Shown here one piece after another: positions 1-10,717 of a stretch of DNA of 64,000 nt. Under the pieces are notes generated by a model, which made no database searches, was not told the DNA's origin, and was given only the letters and a program-made list of their open reading frames with translations. The DNA lies in the NCBI GenBank assembly GCA_964007735.1, contig CAXGAI010000021.1:1-64000 (forward strand), written 5' to 3'. The DNA is from an uncultured Rhodopirellula sp. GTDB taxonomy: Bacteria > Planctomycetota > Planctomycetia > Pirellulales > Pirellulaceae. Numbering within the stretch: the stretch's first letter is position 1; each line of letters starts with the position of its first letter. The position numbers and the translations under genes were made by a program.

Positions 1-100
1 GTTACTAGCCATCTGTTATGGCGTTTTGATAGTATCCGGGTGTGGAGATCGTGAGCCTCAGAGTCAACTAAAAGATCGTTAACAGCTATGAAGTTTTTAC

Positions 101-454
101 ATGCCTGATGAATTTGGCGAAATCTACGGTCACCCTGAACTGCTTCCCAACGAACTTAAAGGACTGCGGGAAATCCGTTGTGACCAATGCGGCCACGAGA
201 TGCAGATTCTCGAACAATATGAAAATGCGTCGGTTGCTTGTGCTCGATGCGGGCAAGCAATCACTCTCCATGGAGTTGGCTTAGAAATTCCTGAGGATGC
301 AATTGAACTGAAGGATGGTCCGATCTCAGTTTTTACTTATGAACGCCTAAAACAACGCCGAAGGGAACGTCAACAACGTTTTATCAGGAGCTTGATTGTT
401 CCAGCGTTAATTACAGTGGTCTATATTGTTCTGCAAATTATTGGAAAGCTCTAG
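101..454 (+). CDS. Small zinc-ribbon membrane protein (hypothetical)
   Basis: 117 aa ORF with two CxxC pairs (CDQC, CARC), a basic stretch and a C-terminal hydrophobic helix (LIVPALITVVYIVLQII). Confidence 0.6.
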   Translation: MPDEFGEIYGHPELLPNELKGLREIRCDQCGHEMQILEQYENASVACARCGQAITLHGVGLEIPEDAIELKDGPISVFTYERLKQRRRERQQRFIRSLIVPALITVVYIVLQIIGKL

Positions 455-635
455 TTCTAAATTTGAGCAGGATTTCCATAACATCTATTTTCAAACCAAC
501 ACTTTTCTCAATTCTGACCAAACTCTAGCGTCAACCACCTCACCTCTCATTCCATACCGGAGAGTACTCTGATGAGATTACCCCCTCTTACTCATTCAGA
601 ATCTCTAAATAAAGTTGCTTGAGGATGGTGGGTTG

Positions 636-2054
636 TTAATGATGTGACCAAAATCTAACGTTACCAAATGTGTCGCCGATAATGATCTTCTTGTCACTGT
701 TATCGACGATTGCCCGAATCGGGATGCCTTGCTCAAGAATCAAGGAATTAGTCTGGTTACTGCTCGTCTTCCAAGCCTTTACGAGATTGTCTCTACCGCT
801 TGAGATCAATCCACCGTCTTTACGAAACTGCACTGATAAGACACCGCTTTGTAGCTTTCCGGAAAACCCCTCCGGCCGTGGCGGCGAATGTCCATTAGTA
901 CTCTGCATCGCTACAAACCCGGTTTCTGCATTCCACCAAATCAGCCGCCCATCATCCCCGGCACTTGCCACTACTTTGCTATCACTTCGCCAGGACAACC
1001 CTCGTACTGATCCCTTATGGCTATCGAGTGATAACAAAATCCCACCGCTGTCAGCACTGCTTAAATACAAATTGCCGGCACGGTCACCAGTTGCGATCTG
1101 AGTACCATCAGGACTAAATGCGATGGATGTAACCCAGTCCGTGTGACGCTCAATCTGATAGACTTCCTCTCCGCTCTCTGTTGAATACGCCTTTGCAATT
1201 CTCCCGGGACCACCGAAAGCAACAAGTTTCTGATCGGGACTGATGTCAGCTGCCAATACCGTATCCAGTTCGTCGCCGAAACGGCCGACCACCTTACCTG
1301 TTTTCACGTCGTATAGCACCACTGAGCCACTATGGCCTGGCTGGCCGCCAGCCGCCATTAGAATTGCACCGTTTTGACTGAATTTCAAGACATACGGTAC
1401 ACCAGGCTCAAACAAAAGATGTCCAATCTCTTCTTCAGTATCGGTGTTAAACAACCGTATTTGCTTATAACCGCTTGCAGCTGCCAGTGGTGCCCAGGGA
1501 CTTGCTGCCAGGCCTAGTATCGCCATATTTCTGGATGTGGGAGCGACCTCAACCTCCGGTAAATCGACGGGCATTGCGGGCGGGCCATCCGGCTTGGCAT
1601 TGGCTGATGTCCCCGGAACAAAGGTCAGTGTGCTTTTAGCCAGAAGTGCTTTACTCGAGGATGTTTCACGTAACCCGGTATCGATCCACTTACCGATTAA
1701 GGTAATCACCTCCTCTGGAAGACGCGGTGACTCAGGCGGCATTCTTGCTGCATCGTCCTCATTAGTGATTGCCTGCATGAGAACACTTGTGCCCGACTGT
1801 CCGGCTTTGACTACCGCCCCGGCACTGCCGCCTTGCAACAGAGTCGCATAGTTTTGGAGATTTAGATCCGCATTTTGATCATCATTGCCATGGCATTTAA
1901 GACAGTACTTCTGCAGTATCGGCTTGATATCATCAGCAAAAGTGACGACCTCGTCCTTTTCGCTTGCGTTTAAATCACTACGAAGCGTTGGTGACATCAC
2001 AATCACCAAAACGAGTCCTACCTGTAGGTTTCGGTTAAATATAATTCCGAGCAT
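636..2054 (-). CDS. Planctomycete cytochrome c (PSCyt1-type) domain + WD40-repeat protein
   Basis: Signal-like N-terminus, FADDIKPIL..CLKCH heme motif, MPP..WID motif, then WD40 repeats (HTDWVTSIAFSPDG, HKGSVRGLSW, DGRLIWWN); last gene of a 4-gene cassette. Confidence 0.85.
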   Translation of the reverse strand: MLGIIFNRNLQVGLVLVIVMSPTLRSDLNASEKDEVVTFADDIKPILQKYCLKCHGNDDQNADLNLQNYATLLQGGSAGAVVKAGQSGTSVLMQAITNEDDAARMPPESPRLPEEVITLIGKWIDTGLRETSSSKALLAKSTLTFVPGTSANAKPDGPPAMPVDLPEVEVAPTSRNMAILGLAASPWAPLAAASGYKQIRLFNTDTEEEIGHLLFEPGVPYVLKFSQNGAILMAAGGQPGHSGSVVLYDVKTGKVVGRFGDELDTVLAADISPDQKLVAFGGPGRIAKAYSTESGEEVYQIERHTDWVTSIAFSPDGTQIATGDRAGNLYLSSADSGGILLSLDSHKGSVRGLSWRSDSKVVASAGDDGRLIWWNAETGFVAMQSTNGHSPPRPEGFSGKLQSGVLSVQFRKDGGLISSGRDNLVKAWKTSSNQTNSLILEQGIPIRAIVDNSDKKIIIGDTFGNVRFWSHH

Positions 2055-2055
2055 T

Positions 2056-4260
2056 TTAGTGATTCGTCATGAACTCCGTGGAATTAATTAATGCCCAAAG
2101 GATATCTTCGTAGGGCTCCTTTTGGTCGTGGTCTTCACCGATGAGTTCCTTCATCGTGGCCAACTCTTTGCCGGTTGGGGATCGACTCAGGCAACAAATG
2201 AATAACTCCTCAACGATTTCTTCCGGAGAGCTTTTTTTCTGCATCAGTCTGGGGATCAGTCCTGACAACACAGCCTGCTGCACGTTATTTCCAACCGCCA
2301 TGTGCAGAGTCTGTGACAGAGTCGCTTCGGACTTGGTTTCACAGGCACAAATCGTATTGCGGCTTGACCGTCCAAACAACTTCAGAAAGTCGTCTCGCCA
2401 AAGCGGTCCAGCCGTATCCCCCGGAGTGCGCGGATAAAATTCAATGGCCTTCGTCCCTTTGGGGAAGTCCCTAAATGTCCTATCCCACTCAGTCGCCTTG
2501 ATGATCGAATCCAGCAGGACGTCAGATCGCAGTCTCCTCAGACGGGATCGCGAAAACTGTCGGTCATCAGCTTCATTCCCTGCATTCGGTGTGGCGGAAA
2601 GTTGGTATGTACGGGAATTGCAGATATCACGGATTAACGCACGCAGGTCGAAACCGTTTTTTACAAAATTCCTACTCAATGCATCTAACAACGGACCGTT
2701 GGTGGGTGGATTGGAAACTCGCATATCGTCCACCGGTTCAACCAATCCGCGGTGAAAGAAATGAGCCCAAACACGATTGGTGTAATTTCTGGAAAACAGC
2801 GTATTATCGGGTGCGGTAAGCCATTCTGCCAATGCGATACGAGAGTCTAATCCCGCCTTTATCGGTGATTCGCCGCCGATCACGGTTGCTGGCATTTCTC
2901 GGCCGTCCACCAAATGACGCACAGGTGGAGCGTTACGCTTGTTGTAGATATAGAACTCTCTTGGTTCAGCACCGGCCTTACGCGTAATACCTGTGAAAAA
3001 ACTCACAAAGCCGTAGTAATCATCCATCGTCCACCTATCAAACGGATGATTGTGGCATTCGGCACATTGGATTTGTACACCGAGAAATAACTGTGAAAAA
3101 TCCGCAGCAAAGCTCTTGGGCTCAAATCGGACACTGTGCACCAACATCGTGTATAGGTTTGTTGGGCCATCGGTTAGATTGCTTCCACTGGCCGTTACTT
3201 GTTCATACACGAATTCGTTGACCGGACGATTTGCTTCAACCTGATCATGCATCCACTGATAATATGATTCTGCGGCTTTTAGATCAGTCGCTACAGGCGT
3301 GTAACCACCTCCCATTAAACGGACTGACTCTGCCCACAATCCGGTCCAAAGATCTGTAAAATCCTCACTTGCCAGCAGTTCGTCAATCAAAACTGCACGC
3401 TTGTTAGGACTATCGTTCGCGATAAATTGCTTATACTGCTCAACGCTTGGCGGTGCACCGGTCAAATCCAGATAAACACGTCGGATGAACTCTGAGTCGT
3501 TGGATAATTGCGACGGGTTCAGCTGGAGTTGCTCTAACCGGTCAAATACCAGTTCATCTATATAGTTGACAGGGTCCATACCCAACCAGGTGTATTCAGC
3601 ATCCTGCGGTAGCACGATGACTTCACTTCCTACAGTAAATCGGTCGAACCGCGCGAAGACGTAGGTGTCACCTTTGGCGTGAGATGACACGAGACCGTCG
3701 TTTGAAATCGATGCGGTATTGTTATTATCAGAAAAGAACAATGACAAGTTAGTGACATCTCTTAAAGAACCGTCTGAGTATCTGGCTATTACTTTTGTGG
3801 GAGCACTCTTCTCGATTCCATCAAATTGCATCTGCGGTGGATCAATCGTGATATCTACAGGAACAGCAATCTGGTCTTTGTCGTTTTTGGCACCCTGCTC
3901 TATCCATGTTAGAAGCGTTTTGTAATACGAGCTGTCTTTTTTGAATCTCTGTCCACCAGTATGAGCAACGGCACCGGTCGCTTTTAGTAATAACAGGCTT
4001 TCTTCGGGCACGGCCATATTGATTCGTCGGCCAACGATTTCCTCAGTGAGACGAAAGTAATCACCCTGTTTGTCGAAGCCGAAGAGTGAAAGTACGAAGC
4101 CATCCTTGCCCCTTGAACTTCCATGGCATGTTCCCTGATTGCAGCCGGCGCGGAAGAATACCGGCATCACATCGTTGGCAAAACTGAGCTGCTTTTGTTG
4201 CGATAAAAGATCCGCAGAAATAATCAAAAGCAACAGGAAGCAGAGCATTGATCGATTCAC
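2056..4260 (-). CDS. DUF1549/DUF1553 (PSCyt2/PSD1) protein with Ig-like domain
   Basis: SFANDVMP..GCNQGTCHG, FIRRVYLDLTG, CAECHNHPFD, NRVWAHFFHRGLVEPVDD, C-terminal NSTEF. Start moved from ORF-track 4338 to GTG at 4260, which follows GGAGAG and the upstream stop. Confidence 0.85.
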   Translation of the reverse strand: MNRSMLCFLLLLIISADLLSQQKQLSFANDVMPVFFRAGCNQGTCHGSSRGKDGFVLSLFGFDKQGDYFRLTEEIVGRRINMAVPEESLLLLKATGAVAHTGGQRFKKDSSYYKTLLTWIEQGAKNDKDQIAVPVDITIDPPQMQFDGIEKSAPTKVIARYSDGSLRDVTNLSLFFSDNNNTASISNDGLVSSHAKGDTYVFARFDRFTVGSEVIVLPQDAEYTWLGMDPVNYIDELVFDRLEQLQLNPSQLSNDSEFIRRVYLDLTGAPPSVEQYKQFIANDSPNKRAVLIDELLASEDFTDLWTGLWAESVRLMGGGYTPVATDLKAAESYYQWMHDQVEANRPVNEFVYEQVTASGSNLTDGPTNLYTMLVHSVRFEPKSFAADFSQLFLGVQIQCAECHNHPFDRWTMDDYYGFVSFFTGITRKAGAEPREFYIYNKRNAPPVRHLVDGREMPATVIGGESPIKAGLDSRIALAEWLTAPDNTLFSRNYTNRVWAHFFHRGLVEPVDDMRVSNPPTNGPLLDALSRNFVKNGFDLRALIRDICNSRTYQLSATPNAGNEADDRQFSRSRLRRLRSDVLLDSIIKATEWDRTFRDFPKGTKAIEFYPRTPGDTAGPLWRDDFLKLFGRSSRNTICACETKSEATLSQTLHMAVGNNVQQAVLSGLIPRLMQKKSSPEEIVEELFICCLSRSPTGKELATMKELIGEDHDQKEPYEDILWALINSTEFMTNH

Positions 4261-4261
4261 G

Positions 4262-6793
4262 TTACTCTCCTCCTTTACTCGTAGCAGGGTCCACCCGCAG
4301 CGTACCGTTTTGCGAGACCTGCCGAATAGATTGCCCATCGATGTTGTAGGTTACCTCACATTTCAATTCTTTGTATTGTCCGAGTAGTGCTTCTTCGGTT
4401 GCCTTGAGCGTAAACGTAATTTCTTCTGTGTCCGATTCGATATGATAATCTTCACCAACCGTGGTCACCCCCTTGGGCAGACCCAGTAAAGAAACCCTGG
4501 CGGCACCAGTAAACGGCTGTAAATGTTCAACTTTGCACTTCAGTTCGGCTGTTTGATTTCGCCGAATCGTCCCACTGGGAAACTTGATCGCCACGTACGG
4601 TGAAGTCACAACCAAGTCAAAGAAACCTGATGACACTCGCCGCACACCCACTCCGGATTCCCAATCTCCCTCCTTGGTGTGACCGTTCATGGTCATACGA
4701 TAGGTCCCCGGCCTGGCCGAAGGTGAAGCACTCAGTAAAAACTCTGCTTCGGACTCGCCTGCGGGTATTTCCAGTCGGCCGCCGGCTGAAACGCCTGGTG
4801 GAAACCAATCCGGTTGCATTTCGACGGGACCATGAAAACCTTCATTTCGATTAATTCGAACCTTGAAACGCAATTCACCAGCCTGCGAGATCGGGATGTT
4901 CGGCTCAGTAACATCTATTGTAAAAGGAGAGGATTCCACGACTCCCAGTGCATAACGCTGTAAGTGTGCATGGTGCCAACTGCGTCCACCAGAGTGATTA
5001 ATAAACGGGATATACGCCTGACTGCTTGTATCAATAAAGCTACCATCATCCACACGCTTCAATAGAATATGAAACAGGTGTGCCGACGGTACTGCGTCCG
5101 CATCTGCGACGAACAGGCAGGGAATTCCATTCATCCCGGATGTATAATCAGGCGCGATCATCCTGACACCTTTAGGTAATCCCACTGGTACTAGTTGCAA
5201 GGCGCCGTCATAGGTATTCCCGTTTTCCTCGGCGATGTAAACATTGACGGACCATTTGTTGCCCTGAGGAATAATAAAACCGGCTGTCCGATTCGTTTCA
5301 AAACGATCGTTGGCCCAACTGACCGTGTGGTTGTGAATGGTGTCACGAACCTCAGCAATCTCCACTCGATAAACAAAATATTCGCCTCCGAGTCCACGCA
5401 AATCATGAATGCCGATCAAATGGATACCGTCATCCTGTGGCGTATGATTAGCCGAGCCATCGAGCAGTTCAGGACGCTGAAGCCCGCGTGGGATTACAGG
5501 TTTGCCCCTCTCAATCCATGTGGCATCGTCAATGGAGAGGGCGACATCCTGCTCCTCAATGTGTCGCACCCAAACACTACTATCAATGGGGCTACCATTT
5601 CCTCGCGCAAACACACGGATACGGTACTTCACCCCCTTCTTCATAAACACTTTAAACACGTCTTCTTCACCGGCGGTAGCGATCACACCATTTAGTGCCA
5701 CCGGCGCTTCGTGCGTTTGGTTCATCTGAGCCTCTAACGCATTAGGAAATGGACTGACACGCAGTGGCAGGTGAGAAGGAGGTTTCCCACCTGACGAGTC
5801 GGGATAAAAACTGAAGTCACCTGATTTGGTAGGCCAGGTTATTTTCTCTGAATAGGTCCCAAGTCCGTCTCCCAGTAGCTGAACAGTTTCTGTCGTACCG
5901 GCCTGACCACCAAGTGGGTAGGCGAGGACCGGCCGCATAAAATTACCGATATGCGCACGATAGAAAATCCATCGCCCACCTTTATAAAGCTGCTGCCGGA
6001 TATGAATGAAGTATGTGCCCGAGTACGGCGCTGCGATGCTCAAAATTGGATCCTGAACATGTAAGTCGCTGTCGTCGCATGAAGCGAGTACCCTTCCATC
6101 CTCATCGAGAATTCGCACGAGCAAATCATATTCAGATTCTGCATATGCCTTGTCGCATAACCTGACACAATCGAGTTCTACTGAGATCCTTTCCTTCGCA
6201 TTTGCCCGAATGGAGTAGTAGTCATGGTCGAGTTCTCGCGCGACCTTTATTTGACCAGCAACGGTGTGGTTCATAGGAACAGGCTGCGCCGTTTCCAGCG
6301 AGTCGTTTGGCGACGTGATGGCTACCTTGCTCTCTTTGACAATGGTATTACCGCCGTTGTAGGTAACTTCAAATCCACCGCGTTCCAGTTCCGGAATAAT
6401 TGGAAATGGACCAACCCAAAAGGTAGCCACCGAGGTGAGTGTGTCTTTCGTGCGCAGTCGAAGTGGGTGTTCTCCAAGCGGGCAATCCTCGGCAATTTCA
6501 AAAATGCACCGCACTTGTTCTTTGACATAACCGCCGTGATGCAGGCTAATCCCATTCTCTAGGTCCGGTAGGTTTTCAAATGCAATGGCCTTGATACCAG
6601 GACGATAGAAAAGCACTTCACGAGCATCTTTGATGTTTAGCCCCTGCATGATCACAGAAACTTGTGTGCCCTGCTGACCACTACGCGGCGTAAGGGCTTC
6701 AATGTTACGACGCTGGAAAGCGTGCAAATCTGCGACACCGATGTGGAACCACAGAACTGAGCAGAGAATGAGAACGTGCTTGAGCAATGACAT
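4262..6793 (-). CDS. Secreted PPC (pre-peptidase C-terminal)-domain / Ig-like repeat protein of the DUF1501 cassette
   Basis: Signal peptide; PRSGQQGT start motif; repeated PPC-like segments (DHDYYSIRA, DPILSIAAPYSGTYFIHIR, EEDVFKVFM); LPKGV repeats; 1-nt overlap with DUF1501 stop. Confidence 0.75.
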   Translation of the reverse strand: MSLLKHVLILCSVLWFHIGVADLHAFQRRNIEALTPRSGQQGTQVSVIMQGLNIKDAREVLFYRPGIKAIAFENLPDLENGISLHHGGYVKEQVRCIFEIAEDCPLGEHPLRLRTKDTLTSVATFWVGPFPIIPELERGGFEVTYNGGNTIVKESKVAITSPNDSLETAQPVPMNHTVAGQIKVARELDHDYYSIRANAKERISVELDCVRLCDKAYAESEYDLLVRILDEDGRVLASCDDSDLHVQDPILSIAAPYSGTYFIHIRQQLYKGGRWIFYRAHIGNFMRPVLAYPLGGQAGTTETVQLLGDGLGTYSEKITWPTKSGDFSFYPDSSGGKPPSHLPLRVSPFPNALEAQMNQTHEAPVALNGVIATAGEEDVFKVFMKKGVKYRIRVFARGNGSPIDSSVWVRHIEEQDVALSIDDATWIERGKPVIPRGLQRPELLDGSANHTPQDDGIHLIGIHDLRGLGGEYFVYRVEIAEVRDTIHNHTVSWANDRFETNRTAGFIIPQGNKWSVNVYIAEENGNTYDGALQLVPVGLPKGVRMIAPDYTSGMNGIPCLFVADADAVPSAHLFHILLKRVDDGSFIDTSSQAYIPFINHSGGRSWHHAHLQRYALGVVESSPFTIDVTEPNIPISQAGELRFKVRINRNEGFHGPVEMQPDWFPPGVSAGGRLEIPAGESEAEFLLSASPSARPGTYRMTMNGHTKEGDWESGVGVRRVSSGFFDLVVTSPYVAIKFPSGTIRRNQTAELKCKVEHLQPFTGAARVSLLGLPKGVTTVGEDYHIESDTEEITFTLKATEEALLGQYKELKCEVTYNIDGQSIRQVSQNGTLRVDPATSKGGE

Positions 6794-8097
6794 TAGGCCA
6801 GCAGTCCTTGTACGACCTTGCCCTCTTTTACGATTTCGATAGGGCGAGTGCCAAAGGCCAGCAGCTCTTTGTTGGAGTCAATGCCAAGCTGGTGGTACAC
6901 CGTGCAAAGAAAATCCTCCAGCGAGACCGGGTTTTTGTCGGGCTCACTGGCCGTTGCATCCGAAGCACCATAAATCTGGCCCTGAGCAATACCGCCTCCG
7001 GCCAGCATCATACTATAACTGCGGGCCCAGTGATCGCGACCGCTTGCCGTGTTAACCCTTGGCGTCCGTCCGAACTCGGTAGTCACCATTACCAGCGTTT
7101 CATCCAGCATACCCCTTTGATCCAAATCCGAAATTAGTCCGGCGATGGCATGATCCAGGGCCGGGCCTTTGTCGAGGTAGGCTTTGCGAATGGAATTGTG
7201 GTTATCCCAGCCACCATAGTCCACAGAAACGAACCGCACACCTGCCGCCACCAGGCGACGAGCCATCAAGAGACGTGCTCCTACTGCCGCCGGCTGGTTG
7301 CGATAATTCAGGATGTAACCCTGCCCGTACAACTGTTTGGTAGCATCGCTCTCACCTTCTAATGTGAACGCCTTTTGGGTCGCTTCTGAATTTAGTAGTG
7401 TGTATGCCTGTTCATAAAACTGGCCCATTGTCGCCAATTGAGATACGTCTACTTTTTTGGTCTGTAAGCTGGTTTCAAGAATGGCTCTGGCTTTTGTTCG
7501 ACGTTCAAACTGGCGAGCGGAGACCCCGCCGGGAATGGATAGATCCTTCACTTTAAATTCGCCTCGTCCGCCAGGATCCGCGTTTAGCTCGAACACACCG
7601 AATTTACTGCTTAGATAGCCTGTACCACCAGCGAAGCTACTTCGATTCGGTATCGCAATGTACGGAGGCATATTATTTCGAATTCCGTACTCGTGAGCGA
7701 CGACGGAACCCATCTGCGGGTAATCAATGACCGTTGTCGGCAAGTAACCGGTAAATAGATGGTAAGTAGCTTGCCCATGGTCCGGAATCTTACAGTGCAT
7801 TGATCGAACAATGGTAATTTTGTCACTGATCCGAGCCATGCGAGGAAAGTTTTCACTAAAGTGATAACCGTTTCCGGTCTTTACAACGCCAAAAGAACCG
7901 CGGTAATCGATAGGTGCTTCCGGTTTTGGATCCCAGGATTCCTGAGCTGAAAATCCACCGCTGAGGTTTAAGTGAATAACACTCTTTGCTGGTGCGTTTG
8001 GATTGGCTTGAAGGACATCGGTCAATGACAAGCCGAAGGCAGATCCCAAACACATCTTTAACGCAGTACGGCGACTTTGTTTTGTGCAAGCAAGCAT
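6793..8097 (-). CDS. DUF1501 family protein (Tat-exported, alkaline-phosphatase/sulfatase-like fold)
   Basis: SRRTALK twin-Arg; GGFSAQESWDPKP, GGWDNH, EFGRTP, GRDHW motifs. Confidence 0.9.
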   Translation of the reverse strand: MLACTKQSRRTALKMCLGSAFGLSLTDVLQANPNAPAKSVIHLNLSGGFSAQESWDPKPEAPIDYRGSFGVVKTGNGYHFSENFPRMARISDKITIVRSMHCKIPDHGQATYHLFTGYLPTTVIDYPQMGSVVAHEYGIRNNMPPYIAIPNRSSFAGGTGYLSSKFGVFELNADPGGRGEFKVKDLSIPGGVSARQFERRTKARAILETSLQTKKVDVSQLATMGQFYEQAYTLLNSEATQKAFTLEGESDATKQLYGQGYILNYRNQPAAVGARLLMARRLVAAGVRFVSVDYGGWDNHNSIRKAYLDKGPALDHAIAGLISDLDQRGMLDETLVMVTTEFGRTPRVNTASGRDHWARSYSMMLAGGGIAQGQIYGASDATASEPDKNPVSLEDFLCTVYHQLGIDSNKELLAFGTRPIEIVKEGKVVQGLLA

Positions 8098-8136
8098 ATC
8101 TTCTCACGAGGCGAACGCGGTTGTAGGTATTCTTTT

Positions 8137-8165
8137 ATTATAAGAATCGCGGTACCAACAAGCAA
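8137..8165 (-). promoter_or_regulatory. Candidate sigma70 promoter for the DUF1501 cassette
   Basis: Minus strand TTGCTT-N17-TATAAT about 40 nt upstream of the ATG at 8097. Confidence 0.5.
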
Positions 8166-8335
8166 AAAGCCTGAGTCAGTACGGTTTTATTTTAGACATC
8201 TCTTTAAACTGCCAGCCTCTCATCGACAAATATAAGAAGCCATAACTTTTAGGTACAACACCTGCACAAAACACACTGTCAGGTCGCCAGTAGATTCTAA
8301 TGGACTGGCTGTTAATAGAACCGTGTGACGTGTCG

Positions 8336-9307
8336 CTACTTTCGTGACGAGGCGATTATCGACTTGCCGTTGGTCGTCAGCACATGAATCTCATGCAAGG
8401 AAACGCTGGGCGAAAGAAACTCCCAAACAACCTGTTTTTCGCGTGTAATTTCAAAGGCTCGAGGCTTGTCGGGGGCTTGTTGATGGTAACTGCAGATAAC
8501 CGTATTTCCATTTCCTAACCGCTGTGCGCCGCAGGGATCGTCAAATCTGCCGGCAACATGACTATTGTCAACTCGCCAGACAACTTTTCCTGTTGGATCA
8601 AACTCGACCGTTTTGTTTCCATGAGTGAGATTTACCAGAATGTTATTTGATTTCAGGAGGATTGCAGTGAAGGGCCAGTTTTCTTCCGCCCGCCCCCCGA
8701 GCTCCGCCAAATCTGTTTTGATCGTACGTTTCACATTCCCTTGAGGGTCATATTGTTTGACCGCAAATCCAAGTAGATGAGGCACTAGATAGTCACCGTT
8801 AGGTAGCTTCCGAGCCATACGGGTTTGCATATGTGCGTTGTTAGTATCGGGCTGCAAAGGTACATCGACAGCAATTTCGCCGGCCGGCGTGATCTCGAGA
8901 ATTCGTGGTTTAGCGCCGCGTTCCACGACCATCGTGTTTCCACCTTGAAGTCGAACGACAGTTCCCAGCTCTTTGTTAACCGGATCCAGCTTGTATTGAA
9001 AGACAAGTTCCCCATCTCGGGTATATTCACGGGCGCTGTTCTCAATGGATACAAGTACATTACCATTTGGCAATACAAATCCGTCACGCGAACGTCCCGG
9101 CACCTGCCATTGAACTCGATTGTCCTCGCCGATAATGGCCGTAATAGACCCGGTCACAAGAAATGAATGCCGAATGCCGGATTCACTTTTTTGAGTGCCC
9201 AGTGTGGGCCCATCGGCTTGCGCGTACACCGGCGTACCTGATTGGCCGCAGGCAAAAAATGCGATCAAGAAGCTCGCTTGGATCATTGGTGTGCGGATCG
9301 ACGGCAT
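8336..9307 (-). CDS. Secreted beta-propeller protein (PQQ-like / arylsulfotransferase-like repeats)
   Basis: Repeats of LPNGN.LV / EITPAG / EFDPTGKVVW / EITREKQVVW; likely start MPSIRTP at 9307 (ORF track 9382). Confidence 0.65.
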   Translation of the reverse strand: MPSIRTPMIQASFLIAFFACGQSGTPVYAQADGPTLGTQKSESGIRHSFLVTGSITAIIGEDNRVQWQVPGRSRDGFVLPNGNVLVSIENSAREYTRDGELVFQYKLDPVNKELGTVVRLQGGNTMVVERGAKPRILEITPAGEIAVDVPLQPDTNNAHMQTRMARKLPNGDYLVPHLLGFAVKQYDPQGNVKRTIKTDLAELGGRAEENWPFTAILLKSNNILVNLTHGNKTVEFDPTGKVVWRVDNSHVAGRFDDPCGAQRLGNGNTVICSYHQQAPDKPRAFEITREKQVVWEFLSPSVSLHEIHVLTTNGKSIIASSRK

Positions 9308-9385
9308 CGCTTGTTCCTGTTCATTTAAAAAGTAGGAGTGCCACAGTAATATGCCCGGGAGAGAGACATTACTGAAATGCAAGTT

Positions 9386-9802
9386 TTATTCAGCCGATGC
9401 TTCGCTTGCAGCACTGCTTTCCGGCTGAGCCGCGGCGGCCGCTTCCCGACGTCGGCGACCTGCTTCTTTGAATGAACGGAAACACGAATAGACATAGCCA
9501 CCACATAATAGTGCCATCAATCCCAGATTTACCTGAACCAGAGTGTTCTGTTCGTCTTCAAAGAAACTAGGAACCAATCGACCTAAAGCTGCCAGGCATC
9601 CCAGCAAACCAAGTAACGCCGCCACATGCATCAGGTGCATATTCAAAGCCGGCTTAACAATCGATCCAATCGCGCACAACAATAACGCGATTCCGACAAA
9701 CGCGGGAATCAAAGCTGTAAAGCTTGCTGATTCACCGGCCGTATACCCATAGATTCCATTACCAATAAGTAACAATCCAAATACTGCTGTTAGTTTCGCC
9801 AT
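9386..9802 (-). CDS. Small 4-TM membrane protein
   Basis: Four hydrophobic helices, TALIPAFVG and MHLMHVAA motifs, C-terminal SFKEAGRRRR. Confidence 0.7.
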   Translation of the reverse strand: MAKLTAVFGLLLIGNGIYGYTAGESASFTALIPAFVGIALLLCAIGSIVKPALNMHLMHVAALLGLLGCLAALGRLVPSFFEDEQNTLVQVNLGLMALLCGGYVYSCFRSFKEAGRRRREAAAAAQPESSAASEASAE

Positions 9803-9860
9803 TTCAATGATTCCTAATATTTAAGTGCTACCAGCCAAAACTGGTCTCTTTATGTATTAA

Positions 9861-10673
9861 CTATTTTTCTTGTTCGATATTATCTTGTTCGTCTTGTTCG
9901 TCACGATTGTCCTGTTTGACGTTCTCTTGAAAGAAGTCAAAGACCTCCGGAAAATGCTCCCAAGCTACATTGACATGATTCCCGTTCGGGAATTCCAGAT
10001 ATTTGTGAGTCACGCCATGACGTTTTAGGTTAGCCACTTTGAGACGACATGCATTAACGGGGCAAAGGTTATCTTTCACACCATGAACTACAATCACTCC
10101 AAGCTGCCCCTTCAACTTCTTCATATCATAATCGTGATTCGTACCAGCCGAAGCTAGGGGAGCAAGTGCGGCCCATTTCTCCGGATACTTCATTCCCAGA
10201 TGCCAGGTACCTGACCCGCCCATCGAATGCCCCATCAAATAAGTACGTTGAGGATCGACATTGAATTCTTTTTGAGCGATCTCCAATACATTCAGCACAT
10301 CTTTTTCACTGAGTTCACCGAGATTCCTTGGGTCTCCCCTACGATTACCGCCGTATTTTCCATAGGCACCATACCAGCCGTGGTTATTTACTCCCTCGGC
10401 CGCCACTAACAGATAGCCTCGTTTTTCCGCTTCCTCAACAAGGTTTGGGTAGCGAATAATCTGAGCAGCGCTACCTCCCAATCCATGCAGAACCATTACC
10501 AGAGGCGTTTTCTTTGATTTGTCGTAGCTAGACGGCACAAATACCGAATACGGAATCTCCCGATCTATCTCCTTTAAAAGATACTTTCGATTCTGGATCT
10601 GCTGACGGGGCCCTGCCAATGACTCCAGTGTCAACAGAAGGAGCAAGAACAAAGACACACTAAGACGTTGCAT
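9861..10673 (-). CDS. Secreted alpha/beta hydrolase (esterase / PHB-depolymerase-like)
   Basis: Signal peptide, PLVMVLHGLGG, nucleophile elbow GHSMGG, HGVKD and GNH triad candidates. Confidence 0.85.
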   Translation of the reverse strand: MQRLSVSLFLLLLLTLESLAGPRQQIQNRKYLLKEIDREIPYSVFVPSSYDKSKKTPLVMVLHGLGGSAAQIIRYPNLVEEAEKRGYLLVAAEGVNNHGWYGAYGKYGGNRRGDPRNLGELSEKDVLNVLEIAQKEFNVDPQRTYLMGHSMGGSGTWHLGMKYPEKWAALAPLASAGTNHDYDMKKLKGQLGVIVVHGVKDNLCPVNACRLKVANLKRHGVTHKYLEFPNGNHVNVAWEHFPEVFDFFQENVKQDNRDEQDEQDNIEQEK

Positions 10674-10717
10674 AAATCACATTCCTAAACTGTTCTAATC
10701 GAGACTCACAATACCGA

